Positions 30,751 through 44,204 of a stretch of DNA of 64,000 nucleotides are shown piece after piece. The notes under the pieces were generated by a model that worked only from the letters and a program-made list of their open reading frames with translations, was not told the DNA's origin and ran no database searches. Within the stretch, counting starts at the first letter, position 1. Each line of letters begins with the position of its first letter. The stretch spans positions 9,973,483 through 10,037,482 of the forward strand of contig CM082582.2 in NCBI GenBank assembly GCA_040954595.2, written 5' to 3'. The stretch comes from Balanoglossus misakiensis (taxonomy: Eukaryota > Animalia > Hemichordata). Made by a program: the position numbers and the translations under genes.

Positions 30751-33700
30751 TGGGTGGTTTTGATTGGCAGGGGAGGGGGGGGAGAGGCAGGTCACCGACG
30801 GCATGACCGACACCCATGCAGAAAGTTGCGTGAGAACTGGAGTTTTTTTTTCAGTGTGAAAATGAGACATCGTTGAATGATCGGTGTGCGTCTTATCACT
30901 GCAGTAACGCAATCTTTGTGCATTTGCGTGCATGTGCGTGTGATGTGCACATGCGCGTGTACATGTATATGTCAATTACTTTTTGAGATCACACTGAATA
31001 AAAGAAGTGACCATACATGTATTTTTAAGGTTTGCATCTTGAAACGAATTGATATGGTGAGAAGAAAAAGTTGACTTTTTTTGTTTGCATTTCAACTAGG
31101 GGTTTTGGATACCTGTTGAAAGATTAGATTACGTCTGATGAGATTTCAGCACAGCTGTGTAAATGTGTTTAGATGGTACGATCAAGTGAACTTTCAGTAC
31201 GATATACTACTTACTCGTAGGCATATTTATTCAAACTTGTTAGAAGCTTGAATAATATGTCGAACCGCTTAAAGGATGTGTCGACTCTGCGTTGCAATTT
31301 TGACTTGATTGGCGAATTTAAGGGAAAGTGAGAAAGATGGAGAGTCAATTATGATGAAACGAATAAAGCAGGACAGGGCAAGAGTAAAACAGGGTTGGAT
31401 AATTAAAAAAAAGGAAGATGGGCTTTCTTTGCATAAACCCTTGGGGAGAACACTCATAAAATGTATACGTACATGTATGGCCCCCGCCATGATGTCTAAG
31501 CCAGTGTCCAGTTTACTTTTGCTTGTTTGCAAACAACTCTCTTATTGCTAAACATCTGTTTCTGTCTCTTAGGACATCAGCTGCTGCAAATAAATTTCAA
31601 CCTGTTTATACTCTCTCAGTTTAAAAACAAACAAATTAATTAAGACAAATTCGTTAACCAACAAATATGATTTTGTATTATCTGCAGGGGGAAGACTCAT
31701 CTGCTTTTGGTCTTAGTATGAGCAATACGCCTGACCACTCACAACAGAACAATACAATCATACCCAACCCTGTGATGCAGCATGAGGTGAGCATTGGCTA
31801 ACTTCAGAGTCATTTGTTTAAATTTGCATATTGACTGTCACCAGGTGGCAAAGGTACCAACCGATAGGTCTTGCGTAATACTTAGTATAAGTAGCTTCCT
31901 TGTGCGTCATCACTTGGATGCTTGAAGTCAGCATGACGGGGTGAGGTGAATTTTTGTGTAGCCAAAACTGCATTGGCATAGACAATGTTTTCTGTTACGT
32001 GCCAACGAATAGTCTGTCTTGTTGTTGCCATGTTTGATTGCAGCCATTGTGTTTCTACGGAAGTTCCATGAAAACATGCTGAGATGTTTTTTTTTTGTAG
32101 CTTTCAGTACAAGCGGAACGGTTGTGGCTATTTCATTGCCCTGTTTTTGTGGACAGCTTTAATATTTCACACGCACATATTGTAGAATTAATGAGCTCAA
32201 AGAATACAGTTAGGTTTGAGGTAATACAGACAGGATGTGAAAAGTCTTTTATGGATAAAATGCGTTTGGAATGTAAATCATATCAGTATGATGTCAATCA
32301 AAATTACATAACATTACAAAATCTTGACAGTGTGTATTTGCTATCATTCATTCATTTATTTATTTATTTATTTGTTTGTTTTTATAGTCATGACATTTTT
32401 AGCGCACCCAAGGTATAAAATCCATCAGCCGTAAACAACATTTTTATTCATGAAAGACTGTCGTTTTTCCTTTTCCGGGAGTAGACAGTGACTTCCACGA
32501 ACACTGAACTCTGATTCATCTGACATGTTGTTGGCAGTGATTATTAATTACACCAATGACTCACCCCCTTCCTCTGGTTCAGGTCTTTGTTCCCAATTTC
32601 CTTCCATCAAAGTAATCTGTACAAGCCGGAAGGGGGGGGGATTCATATCGTCAAGCATTATGAAAATTTGAACAAGAAAAGAAATGGGAAAAAATGAACA
32701 GGAAGACAGGTAAATTTGAAAGAGGAAGTGCAAATTGACGTTAGTCACGCAAAAACCCGCCGCCACCTTCGTGCCCTTTGACCCCATCTGCGTGTAGTGA
32801 TTACATGTTCATCTACTTGGCTGTCAGTGACCCCTTGTTTACTCAATCACAATCCCCACCAGGAAATGCGGTTTGATTCAATTAAAAAACACTGAAGGTC
32901 ATTATCACCAGCGAGTGAATCAGTCATCAGGAGAGAGGAAATTCAATGTAACAGCCACTGATTGAGTTGGATGACAATAACCAGCTCTTTTTGTGTGCGA
33001 GATGATGATAGGGGGAGCGTTGCCATGGTGACAAATGATGTCGCCCAGTCCAGTGTTGAGATCGTCTGATATCGGCAAATTATCAATTTTCCTAATGAGA
33101 GTTTGGTTTCGATGACAATCATTGGCATAATGCGGTGACATTAACAAAATATGGTTTTCTAAAGATCCGATCAGTTTGGGCCGGAATTTGATATCATATC
33201 AGACGTGTTTAGTTGTGCCTGGTGTTGATATGAACATATGAAGGAACAGTTACCTACACGGTTCATCTGTATTCATTAGTTTTATTCAACAGTCGACATC
33301 TACCCCGTACATGATTAATCTATCTACCTATCAATCATTGCAGCTGTGTGACTTCCATAAAAACAAAAGAAATTACAAAAATACAACTTTTCTCTTGGAT
33401 CATTAGAGTGATTTTGCCAAGACATCTGACTAGTTTATTATCTATATTTAATCCTGTGGCTGCAGGAATTTTTTTTCTGATATTATACTAAAATTAATTA
33501 AATGAAAGCAGAAGATGTACTTCTAATCATGACAATTTTTTTTTCTGAGAAATTGATACGTTGATTGTGGTGAATTCTTTAGACATTGATGCATTGCATT
33601 GGCATGGCGTAGGGAATTTAGATCACGTATATGTACATACTCAGGTACGTTAGGTTCACATTGTTACAGTTTTTACTCACTTCAAGGCTTCTAAACACTA

Positions 33701-36700
33701 CATATTCAATGCCATGGTCAATTCCTAATTGCTCTTTGAATGGGTCATGGACTGAACTTCTTAACTTCGCAAGGTCAGAAAAATTTCAGGGTTACAAACT
33801 GTGCAGTTGACATGGAAGTGTGTTGTTGGTGTTTATTTTGATTTTGGGTACGCGCCAACAAAGATGGCTGCCTGCATTGAAATACTAGGGTGTAGTCTAC
33901 ATGAACATGTACATGACTTCAGTAATTTCCTTTTACATGCATAGGTATTCATACCTGGTATAATTTGCTCATCTGTGTTTAGTGCGCTTGTTTCATAAAT
34001 TGCAGGCAGCGCATACCTGCATGTGTCATCACAGAGACTGTGAGAGGATTCTCAAAATGGAAGTGGAGGACAAATTTCTACGGCAGGTACATTTAAGTGT
34101 TCTGCAGTACTATTAGGAAATGGAATGGCCCTGGGGGTATTTGTTCTTCGTCAGGGAGTGACCCAGGAAATGATATGATGGATAAGTCTTGGGAAGAGAG
34201 GAAAAATGGCCACAATAGAATGGATGCATACTATCAAGGCATTCACGGAATAATGAGATCATGAATATCTACGGTAGATTCTTTTCTACCAAATTTTTGT
34301 CAAAAATATCACCAATTTGTGTTTTATATAAAACGGGATGACTGTTAGCAACCAGTAATGATCGCAAGAGTGTCTTGCATATTTTATCCTTGAGTTGGGG
34401 CTAAAATTGCTGTATGTTGACATTATTTTTTTTCCCCCGCATGAAAATTTAGTTACCATTTACCAGTTCGGTTCTGTTTTCGTCTGCGTTGGTGTCAGCC
34501 ATGAGACTATTCCGATCGGACACTTCCGCAGAGACAGGATGATGTAGCTCATAGTAAAAGGGTATTTCAGTTCTTACCCCTGTTGCTCATGCCCACACGA
34601 GAGTTTCGAGAACATTTTCTACACAGCGTAGCCGCTAGCCACGGGAACATTTCTGTGCCTGCAAGCTCCAAAGTCTTTCATAGGGAATACACTCGCCGAG
34701 CATTTTCCCCATTAATACCATCCAGGGCAGGTTTTTACTCCACAGAAATAATAACACAGGCTTCCTTCTCAAAACAGGGATTATAGATGACATTTTCTTT
34801 ATTGGCCATAAGTACACTAAATTATTTTGGGCTCTTGTATTTATTCAGTATTTACGGTAATCTCGGACCCTTAATGGTTAAACTCGCTCTGGGTTTTCTG
34901 AGAATTGGCCAAAGGGGGTTACACCAAACTTCATGTTTGAGATGGGGAAAATTATCAACCAACTCCACAAACCAAACATGTTCTACTTCATTACGTAGAA
35001 TCTACTCGAGCCTCCCTAAGATGAAGAGTATATGTACCTTCCCCAGCAGCGAAGTTGTTTCCAATTTAACCAACCCAGCTCATAATATGATAGAGGAGTT
35101 TCAGCCACTGATCCTGTATAAGTAATTCCTGATATGCATATATTTGCATAAATGCATAAATTTAGTTGTGCTGAAAAAATTTACATGCAGATTAATAAAT
35201 CTTTTGTTATTGCAGTGGCTCAGCAGTATAATGCTCAATTTGTTTCCATGGAATATGTTCTCGGGGTCCAAATATCATTCTGTTTTTATAACGATTGTCT
35301 TTTATGATCATATTAAATATCTGGCTGAATTGAATAGGCATAATACCTGGGGCAGACATTACACCATAACAATGTCAAGTAGAGTTTCCCACTAATCTGA
35401 AATCTAATCTGAATTGGTTTTATTTTATCAGGCTAATCTAGCTTGGAAATTTCTGGATGGATGAAACCAGAAATATGTGAAGAAAAATACCAAAATACAG
35501 TTGATTAGTGAGTTGGCTCACAGTCACAGTGTTACTCACCGAGAGTACTAGTATCAATAAACAAAATGATAATTTAATATCCAATTGTCATTAAAGTTCG
35601 TAATTAACATTTGAATCACGCCGCGTGATTAAGCTCCAGATGGTTTTTTCATCAGCGATTTGTTTTCTTCCACGAAACGATTCGCCAACGACTGCCAGAC
35701 TTCATCTGTGTGCGAAAGGACAGGTAAAGTGCATTTGATCGAAGTGCAAAGTATGAGTTGCCCATCCATCAACAAATAATGGGTTTTTGGGCTCTCCTCA
35801 ACTGAAATTTGATATGCTGTTCTCCCATCCAGCATCCAGAATTAGTTCCCGTGCAGATGGAAGCAACACCTTGAATGTGAAATGTTTTGGGTGAATCTCT
35901 CGGTGGTCAAGAGATTTTTGTTTTATTTTGCTGTAGAAACCCTTTTTTCACAGGTTAAATCTATCAATGTGGACATTATCAAGTCCCAGAAGGATATATT
36001 CAAATGGAATACTGCATCTACAAATCCAGAAAATGTTTCCGTACTATATTAGGCTTGGCCACAAAAAATTGGCATCTTTGTATAATTTAGATCTCTCACA
36101 CTGATACAGTGCTTAATTCCACCCAAGTTGCAATTCAGGTGTCAGGTAGCTCTTACACTATACAGCCTTTTGAATTGAGTTCTTTTCAAAACCTGTCCTC
36201 CAAATGTCAAAATTACCATCTCTTAAGGTAATATTATAGAATATCTGTTTTTGTCGTGCGCCGGGACTACAGTTAGTTACCTTGAAAATATCAGCTTAAC
36301 TGCGGTCAACAGCTCAAACTGATTAATGTGTTGTTTGCATGCATCGATGCGAAATATACTTTGATCATTTCTCCATAATTTGATGAATCCCAAGATTAAT
36401 GTATGGATAGGGGGACACATGTTGTACGAGATTAGACTTGAATCAGTCTAGCAGAAGGTCACGTTGTGTGTCACGACATTACATGTATAGAGATACATGT
36501 ACAAGTCATTTATACTTAACCATGAAAATGATTAATTTGATGGCTCCTTACATTACAAGGAATCATTGCCATCAGTGAGATTGCGTCTCACGACTCGGGC
36601 TCAAAGTCAGTCACACTCACTTTATCCCATTAAGATGTCACATTTGTGATACACAAAACTTAAATTCTCTGAAATATTTTGCTCAGGGCTTAAAATCACG

Positions 36701-38481
36701 ATGATGAGTGCCCATTCTTGCTGTTGCTGCTACATTTGGTTTTCGTATTGGGATATGCATAGCCCAGTTGAGCGTTTTCACAGTTGTAAGGCTTCCAAGA
36801 TAAGAATCTTGCAATCAGTCAGAAAGTGCTTTCATGGTAATGGTCATCGAATCCCCTCTTGTGCATCCTGATGCGTAGAGTTTCAACTGAAGTATCGCAC
36901 TTTTCTGGTTTGTAACAGTCCTATCTAGTCCAGGTGAGACCAGCTGTGGACCCAAACCCAGAGCTTATTATCGTCCAATGGGAGCCACCCATTAAATATG
37001 AATATGTAAATTTTGTATGGGGTATACATGGTATACAAATCAGCATGTCTGTTATTCAGACACGAGCAAGCCTGGACAAGACAGTTCAGATCACTGGCAT
37101 GCAGCCTGGGCCCTGATCAAGACTCCTTCAAACCTTGCCCGAGACTCCCCTTCCGGTGTAATACTTCTGCCGTGTACAGTCGCGTCTCACATTTCCCTCC
37201 CCATCATACATTGGATTAACTCCTCGCTGTGCGATACGCCAGCGAAATCCTACACCGCTTTTAATCTTGTACCATTACTTCTTATCGTATTTTTGAAGAT
37301 TGATTGAACGATCCCGAATCTGATTTTTGCGAGGGGTTGCAGTAGCTGGTTAATGAAATTGAGTTGTACCCAGCCGGAGAAAAAAAAGGAACGGAGGAAT
37401 GATGCTGTGTATCATCATTTTCATGCCGACATTGTGGCAAATATTTTCCTTGTAGCTATCACCCTCTGACATATACTTTACTCAGAAAGCCTGTATTGAC
37501 AATTGGAAACAGATCGTGTTCTGGGTATACATGGATGTGGGATTATTGCTATCAGTGTGGAATTTTCACTTTCTCCTGAAATTACACTTCTTGTACAATG
37601 CACTTTTAAGATGATTATGAGGTCAGAAAATAACCTGGGACAAGTTCTTCACAATGTCCTGTTTTGAATTATTTTTAATGGAAGTTGCATTATGGTGTAC
37701 TCTCAAGTTCAATTACTACATGTAGGTCACAAAAACTGGGGCAAGTTCTCTCTGTACGAGGCCTATCTCTTAATCCCTGGGTCTTGAATTCACAGGCGTG
37801 GGGAGTGTTTCAATGCAAGCATACATGTAAGAGTGTGTGACTCACTGGTCTTGTTTATATGTACACAATTTATTCATACTTGTCACTCTTGTCTGCAAAA
37901 TATCATGCGGAAGATATCATGCGGATATTATAGTCATGCACACCTAGTATAAAAGAAAGATATGAAGTACAGCATTCACCAAGTATTTACGTTTATTATC
38001 CGCAACACAGGCATATCAATCATTCAGTTTATTGCTATCTCTAATTTTCTGATTTCCCTGTATGATTCAGAAATGATTAGTCTATATTTGAATTTGGAAT
38101 TGAATTTCACATTATCGGTGCAGAATTATCAGTGAATGGGTACCTGAAGATGCAAGCTGGCGATTAATCTGAATTTTACGGGTATCGCTTTCAAAATGGC
38201 TGAATGCAAACTGTTTGCTCAATCAGTGCAGTCTAGTTAATACGATTAATAAGTTGATTCAGGCATGGCTTCTTGATTGTTCAGGAAACACCAGAAAACG
38301 TTTAGCTGGCCATCTGAACTTTGAAAATTACAATTTAGGTAAACTCCATTGAGCTGCATGCCAGCAGATGATCAATTGCGAATGATGTTTTGAAAGTGCA
38401 AAATGGTCTGGGATGTCGCATCGCGCATCATCTAAAAAGTCTAACCTTTATTTCTTGTTTTCCCTCTTTTTGTTTTTCCAG

Positions 38482-41400
38482 ACATTTCACACACCGAGCT
38501 TAGGTGACGAAGATTTTGAAATTCCTCCCATCACTCCACCGCCAATGGCTATGGATGCCATGTCAAGTAATATGAGCGACCCGAACGTACCGCCAGCCTT
38601 AACCGAGCCAATGACGAGCCCATCGCCGACGTTTACTCACGACACGAACCCAACGTTTACGCAAGCATTATCGCATATCACAGAGACCACAGACTCCTTG
38701 CCAAATCCGTCGACGGAGACATTTCCAGACCCCCAATTCCCACCACAGAATATTGAGATTCCGCCCATCACTGCCTGCAATTCCAGCCTGGGAATTGACG
38801 CCATTCCGTACTCTGTGCAATCCACGGGGGAGCTCTCCTACTCGCACCACCCCCCGATGACGACGGTGGCCATGGCCACGGGGATGAGCCCCTCGTACCC
38901 GCACCAGCAGCGCGACTACAACATTCCACCGCCGCCTCACCCGCCACAGCACGTGCAGAGCCAGGTCAGCCAGCTCTCCACCATCAACCAATCGGCCATC
39001 AGCTCGCAGCTGGGCCTCCAAGTCGGGATGCAACACGGCATGACAATTGGCAGCGATGGCAGGTTACAGAAACACAGTCCGTCACCCCCTGGTTCAGATT
39101 TGCACACATCGCCGGGACACCACGAGAGCAGTGAAGATAGTGACGACAACACGCCGCTCGCTCAGGTACTCACCGTCTTTTATACCAGTCCACATATATC
39201 TACGTATATCTACTTCTTTTATTATGATGTCAATCACCTTACATGTGTTTGTAAAACAATCAATTAGTCCTCAGCTTGATTTTATTGGTGAGGGAGCATC
39301 TTTCGCATATCTAGTGTTTTTCTCAGAGCAATGAAAACATGGTGGCGAAAACAAAAGAGCTTCATTAACATAACAATTCATGTTATATTGTTATACAAAT
39401 TAGCTACCACCCTATCAATAATGCCTGGGAGAACACATGTGTCTTCTCTCCTTATAGTTTAACACAGCATCAACAATTTGCCCTCTCTCTCTCTTGTGCC
39501 AGGTTGTGGGCTCACTCAAGCGAACAGCCACGACAGAGCCACCACCTCCCAAAAAGAAAACGCCGAAAAAGAAGAAGAAGAAAGACCCCAACGAGCCGCA
39601 GAAACCCGTCTCCGCGTACGCTCTATTTTTCAGAGACACGCAGGCCGCGATCAAGGGACAGAACCCAAACGCCAGCTTCGGAGAGGTCTCCAAGATCGTG
39701 GCGTCCATGTGGGATAGTCTGGGAGCTGAGCAAAAACAAGTGAGTACAGAATTAGAAACATGGGACTCCTAGAAGTGGAAAACAAAACACTGCAATGTCG
39801 CAATTCTCCTCCACCCTTGTATTACCATACTTTAAGTGTGTTCCTATTGTTTTCTGTGGTAGTCAGACTTTACCGAAAACAATAGAAACTCATTGTCATG
39901 AAAATGAATGCCATTGCTATGCAAATTACTTAGCAGATCCTGTGTTTAGTGATTCCTTGGAGAACACTGTAGGTTTTCTAAGTTGTTACATGTACATATA
40001 CAACCACCGCAAATATTCTCTCAATTAACCCTCTCTCTCCCTCCACCATCTCTCTCTACTTCTCGAAGGTGTACAAACAAAAAACAGAAGCAGCAAAGAA
40101 AGAATACTTAAAGAAATTAGCAGCTTACAGGGCCAGTTTAGTTTCCAAGGTAAGTTTCATTCTCTGATACAACCTGCACAGCTTTTTTTGTCTTTTATAC
40201 AATGTAGATGTTTAACGCAAGTCATCAAATTTTCCCTCAGTTCTGTGTGAATTAGAGAGCTGAAGTTAATATCTCATCAAAATATAGATTAAAAACATTG
40301 ACAGAGGAGCAGGAAGTCAATTCATCTTTAAATTAGGATTTCAGAAGTCGGTATTGGGGTCACAATGAACATGCAATGCTTTGATCCATTATCGCCATTC
40401 GAGAGAGAAAAAAATCTAAACTATGTCACTGCATTAAATGATAGAAGGCCTTTTCAGACAGCAACAATGGTAGAAGTCACGTGACGAGCTGTACTGAGAT
40501 ATCAAGTGGGAAAATAACATGAATGTATGAAGCGACTGATTAAATGTCTGTGAAATACTCAACTCTGTGTCATTTGCACTGTCGTCAGTTCATTGCCTGG
40601 GTTCACAGCAAAGATGAGCCACGACTTTATATTTACACTTTCTAAAAAAATTGCTGGTCCCTGCACATTTCAACAGGAAAGCAACAGCAGTTCAATTACC
40701 AGTTATTTTTCTAACTGCGCATGAAAGATAATAGCCATTCTTGAAATCACAATATTGTACGTTATGTGAAATAACACTGTGCACTTTAGAATGAATGAGA
40801 TTTGGAGTACGGTAGCAGGCCGGGATAATGAATTCACTGTTGCTCTTTTGTTGTGAGTGTGTGTTTAATTATCTGCTCCTTTTCATGGCTTCATCTGGCC
40901 AGTGCTTTCAGAATGAGCCGGAATAGAATGGCTTGTCGATCGAGAGAAAAAATATGTTTACACAGAGTGTTGGATTATTTTCAAGTGAATCATCAATTGC
41001 CATTTTCCCCTGTTAAAAGTGGATTTTCTGGCCTTATGGTCTGGAAAAACATGCTACATATTCCAGTAAAAAAAGCGTGTGTTCACTTTGATTTGCATTG
41101 TAGGCTGCTGTAGACCAGGCCGAGTCGGAAGAACTTATCCAGAAACAGAAAAAAATCGGACTAGCCAGCAACGCCATGAGCACCGCCAACACAACCACCA
41201 TGCCACAGTCATTAATCCCGAGAAACATCGCGCCCAAACCGAAACCGACACCCTCTTCCATGCCAATCACAGTCTCTATGACAACTGTTGCCAAGACATC
41301 ATCCCAACCGTCTGTTGTGCAGACAATTATCACAAGCCCCAAACTTCAACCACAAATGGTAAGTTTTCCAGCCCAATGGTTTGCAGTAATGTCCCTATTG

Positions 41401-43609
41401 ATGTACTCAGTGATACTGTGCATCTCTCTCTCTCGCGCTCTCTCTCTCACACACACACACACAGATAGTAAAATAAAATCTTCTCTGATTTGCTCAACAG
41501 GTCAACACAAATGGTCGGAAGAGATCAGTAACATGCATGCGAAATGGTTGTGTGAATCCAGCCATCGAGAGTGCCGACTGGGACAAAGAGTACTGTAGCA
41601 ACGAATGTGTGGTCAGCCATTGCAGGTAGGCACAAACCTTTACAGCTAGTCCTTTATACCATTCCAGAAACTATCCTCATTTAGAGTTGGAACGCTTGGC
41701 AAGTATTTATGCCTTCTCTACCCGCCATTTTTTGTAGTCCTTGAAAAATTTTGTCCTCAAATTTTATTGTGTACTGTTTTAAAACCAATCAAACCAAGAT
41801 GTTATTTCCGTTTTAGACATGTTGTTTTGATGTGGGAAACTGTGTTTCAGTAACATGCACTTTCGGATTTTCCTCTCTATTGATTTCAATGGATCCTTCT
41901 CCAGTTCAAGTGGGTGATTCTGAGAACGTTGCGAGCGAAGTTTTGAAAATGATCTCAAAGACAGCCACGGGTTAAAGCAACTTCAGAAAAATCTACTTCG
42001 GCGAAATTGTTATACTTAGAGCATTTAGGAAGCAGGGGAACTGTTGCCGTGACATAGAAATTTTGTATTCAAAGCGTGAGTAAATGTTGGCATTTTGCGA
42101 AGTCTCCACAAGAATTTGCCGCTGGATATCAGCGCTAATAACTCGCTCATTTGGTTAATGATGATGATGATGTTATACAAGTAGACAGAAATATTTTTTT
42201 ATTTTGTTTTATTAGCCTACGTAACCCCTGATATTTTGCAAGTTTGCTTCGAGGTATTGTGATCAGGGGGTTGGCGTGTGTCAGCGTTACTTGAGGACGT
42301 GTTAAAGTAATTACTCAACAGTGGTTAGGTCGAGCACCCTCATCATTATGCCGGGTGAGGCAATTTACACGCCGGGGCCCGTAATTAACATTTGGATCAG
42401 CGTAACAGAGCGAGTGTTCCCCAAAACAAATTACTCCGCGTGTCAGAACTGACAATTAAGTCTGTGAGCACCCTGGGATAAACGTCATGACTCTATCAGA
42501 GTAATCATACCCCAATCAGCTCGCAACTGTTTAGGTGTTTAATTTACACGTGCAGATCGAGAAGAAAATGCAAAAAAAAAAAAATCCTGATGAATCAACC
42601 ACTGCATGTTTTGCCTAGTCTCTCCCGAGACTTGTTGCAATTTGCTTCAGTTAATGAAATGTTTCTCATCAATTTTTATTTTGAACCGAGGGATGTCGAA
42701 TGAGCTCGTATTTCAAAGAAAAATGAATTTCCTCCTGAGTTTATTTGAAACTTGATACGCAGTGTATTTATGGATGTCTCCCTTTCCAATTGTTGAAGAA
42801 GTTCCGTCTGATATTGCAACGTAGACTGAACCCTTGGGACATATATTATTATAGCAATCCAATGTCCTCCAAATCGCTTTAAAATTAACCTAGTATAAAT
42901 CATCCAGAAAGTAAGAAAAGGGCTATTTTCCGATGAAGGAAGTAAATAATCAGAATTTTCCTGTGTGATTTCAAAGAATTTAACAACCAGTTTGATTTCA
43001 GATTCTAGTAGTAAATGTTAAAACGGGATTTATGCTGAAAATTGGTCAATTGTGTACACTTTAAATTCTACAAAATACATACTACTGATCAAATTGCTTA
43101 GTAATGTTTTCTAATTTAATAACGATCCCTCAGCCCAATGCAAGTCATTTCTTGCGTGGTTTAGTGTGCAGAATACACCGTGACATTTAATATTTGATGT
43201 TATTCCCATGATTATGTGTCCTGTACTCTTTGTTAGTTATTAGGGGGGAGATGAAGAAAGTGCACATGAAGTATTCCCTTTCCCAAGTCTCTTCTTGCCA
43301 AGCTGTTCCAACAAAACTTTTTAGTAAAAGTCAGGGCTATCGATAGATAGCCAGTAGCCAGCCAACAACGACTATTTTCATTCCTCTTTCTAACAGTTTA
43401 CTTTTTCCATCTCACATTTGGAGGTCGGCAGACTGTATGCGAATATTCCCTCCTAATCTTTAACACCAGACAGCAAATATGCAGAGACAGAAATCATGTA
43501 GACCGACTTTAGTATATTTACTTAGAAATATGCTCTGATTTGTTCTAGAGATGTTTTTACTGCATGGGTGGCGGCAAGGAATCCCAACATATTCCCATCA
43601 GTCAAGTAG
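38482..43609 (+). CDS. TOX: TOX-family HMG-box protein (TOX3/TOX4-like), 5'-partial; 6 coding exons, 480 aa in window
   Basis: Exons 38482-39165, 39503-39739, 40069-40149, 41104-41358, 41501-41625 and 43549-43609 all have AG/GT boundaries and consistent phases (0,0,0,0,2). The translation contains the TOX N-terminal signature [43 protein letters not shown], the [14 protein letters not shown] and the HMG box [79 protein letters not shown]. The C-terminus is TOX4-type: [50 protein letters not shown]. The start exon was not securely located. Confidence 0.95.
41423..41463. repeat. Compound (TC)n/(CA)n microsatellite in TOX intron
   Basis: tctctctctctcgcgctctctctctcacacacacacacaca, 40-80 nt upstream of the 41501 acceptor. 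Confidence 0.85.
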
Positions 43610-43897
43610 CAGTCTGGCCAACTCAAGAACCTTATTTTCTGTAGAGTTTAGTTTTCTTTAAAAGTCACATTGAAAAAAAAAAAACATGACGAAGATGAGA
43701 TTATAGCTGTTTTATCTTAGGTGTTTCTATTTAAAGAAATCATACTATTTAAAAAAAACTTTATTGGCATAGACAGCAGAAAAAAAAATTCAATGAGAAA
43801 CAAAAAATAGTGTGATCTTGTACAGAAACACAAATGATGTGTATTTTTGTGTATGTCAGGAAGACAAAGTCATTCTTTCTGTTTCATGTTATTTAGC

Positions 43898-43903
43898 AAT
43901 AAA
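43898..43903 (+). promoter_or_regulatory. Candidate polyadenylation signal of TOX
   Basis: AATAAA ~290 nt after the TAG stop, followed by TG/T-rich downstream sequence. A later AATAAA lies at 45213-45218. Confidence 0.4.
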
Positions 43904-44164
43904 GAAAATGCAAACGTACTGTACAGTGTGCGAGTGGTTTTCTTTGCGTGTGCTTGTGTGTTTGTTGTTGTCACGGGCAACTGAGGAGTACGGTTACCCG
44001 GGAACTACCCTAGTGGCCTCCTGGAGCAATCGACAGTTATCCAATCTCTGCGAGATCCTGGACTTCAGCTGGCAGTCTGGTTTGGGACAGTGGCATACGT
44101 TTCTAAGGCTGCAGTTTCTTCAAAAATGACATAAGCTTTCTGAATTGAAGTCATCTGGTGTGTA

Positions 44165-44168
<4 letters not shown>

Positions 44169-44202
<34 letters not shown>
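44169..44202. repeat. (TG)17 microsatellite
   Basis: Perfect TG run read directly. Confidence 0.95.

Positions 44203-44204
<2 letters not shown>

Larger units (their letters stand above)
1..38481 (+). other. Long non-coding region, probably intron(s) or upstream regulatory DNA of the TOX gene
   Basis: None of the listed ORFs here shows recognisable protein motifs. The region ends in a strong acceptor (tccctctttttgtttttccag) that opens the TFHTPSLG exon, so at least one upstream TOX exon must exist in or beyond this stretch. Confidence 0.7.

Noticed and set aside
507-37307. Many 60-160 aa ORFs upstream of the TOX exons (e.g. 19329-19811, 28911-29330, 6437-6829)
   Set aside because: No recognisable domains, composition typical of AT-rich non-coding DNA (C/F/I/L-rich), many non-ATG starts, and no transposase or reverse-transcriptase motifs.
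42676-42882. Segment ending ...CAAATCGCTTTAA as a TTAA-type transposon
   Set aside because: No matching second terminus was found, so the evidence is insufficient without a repeat library.
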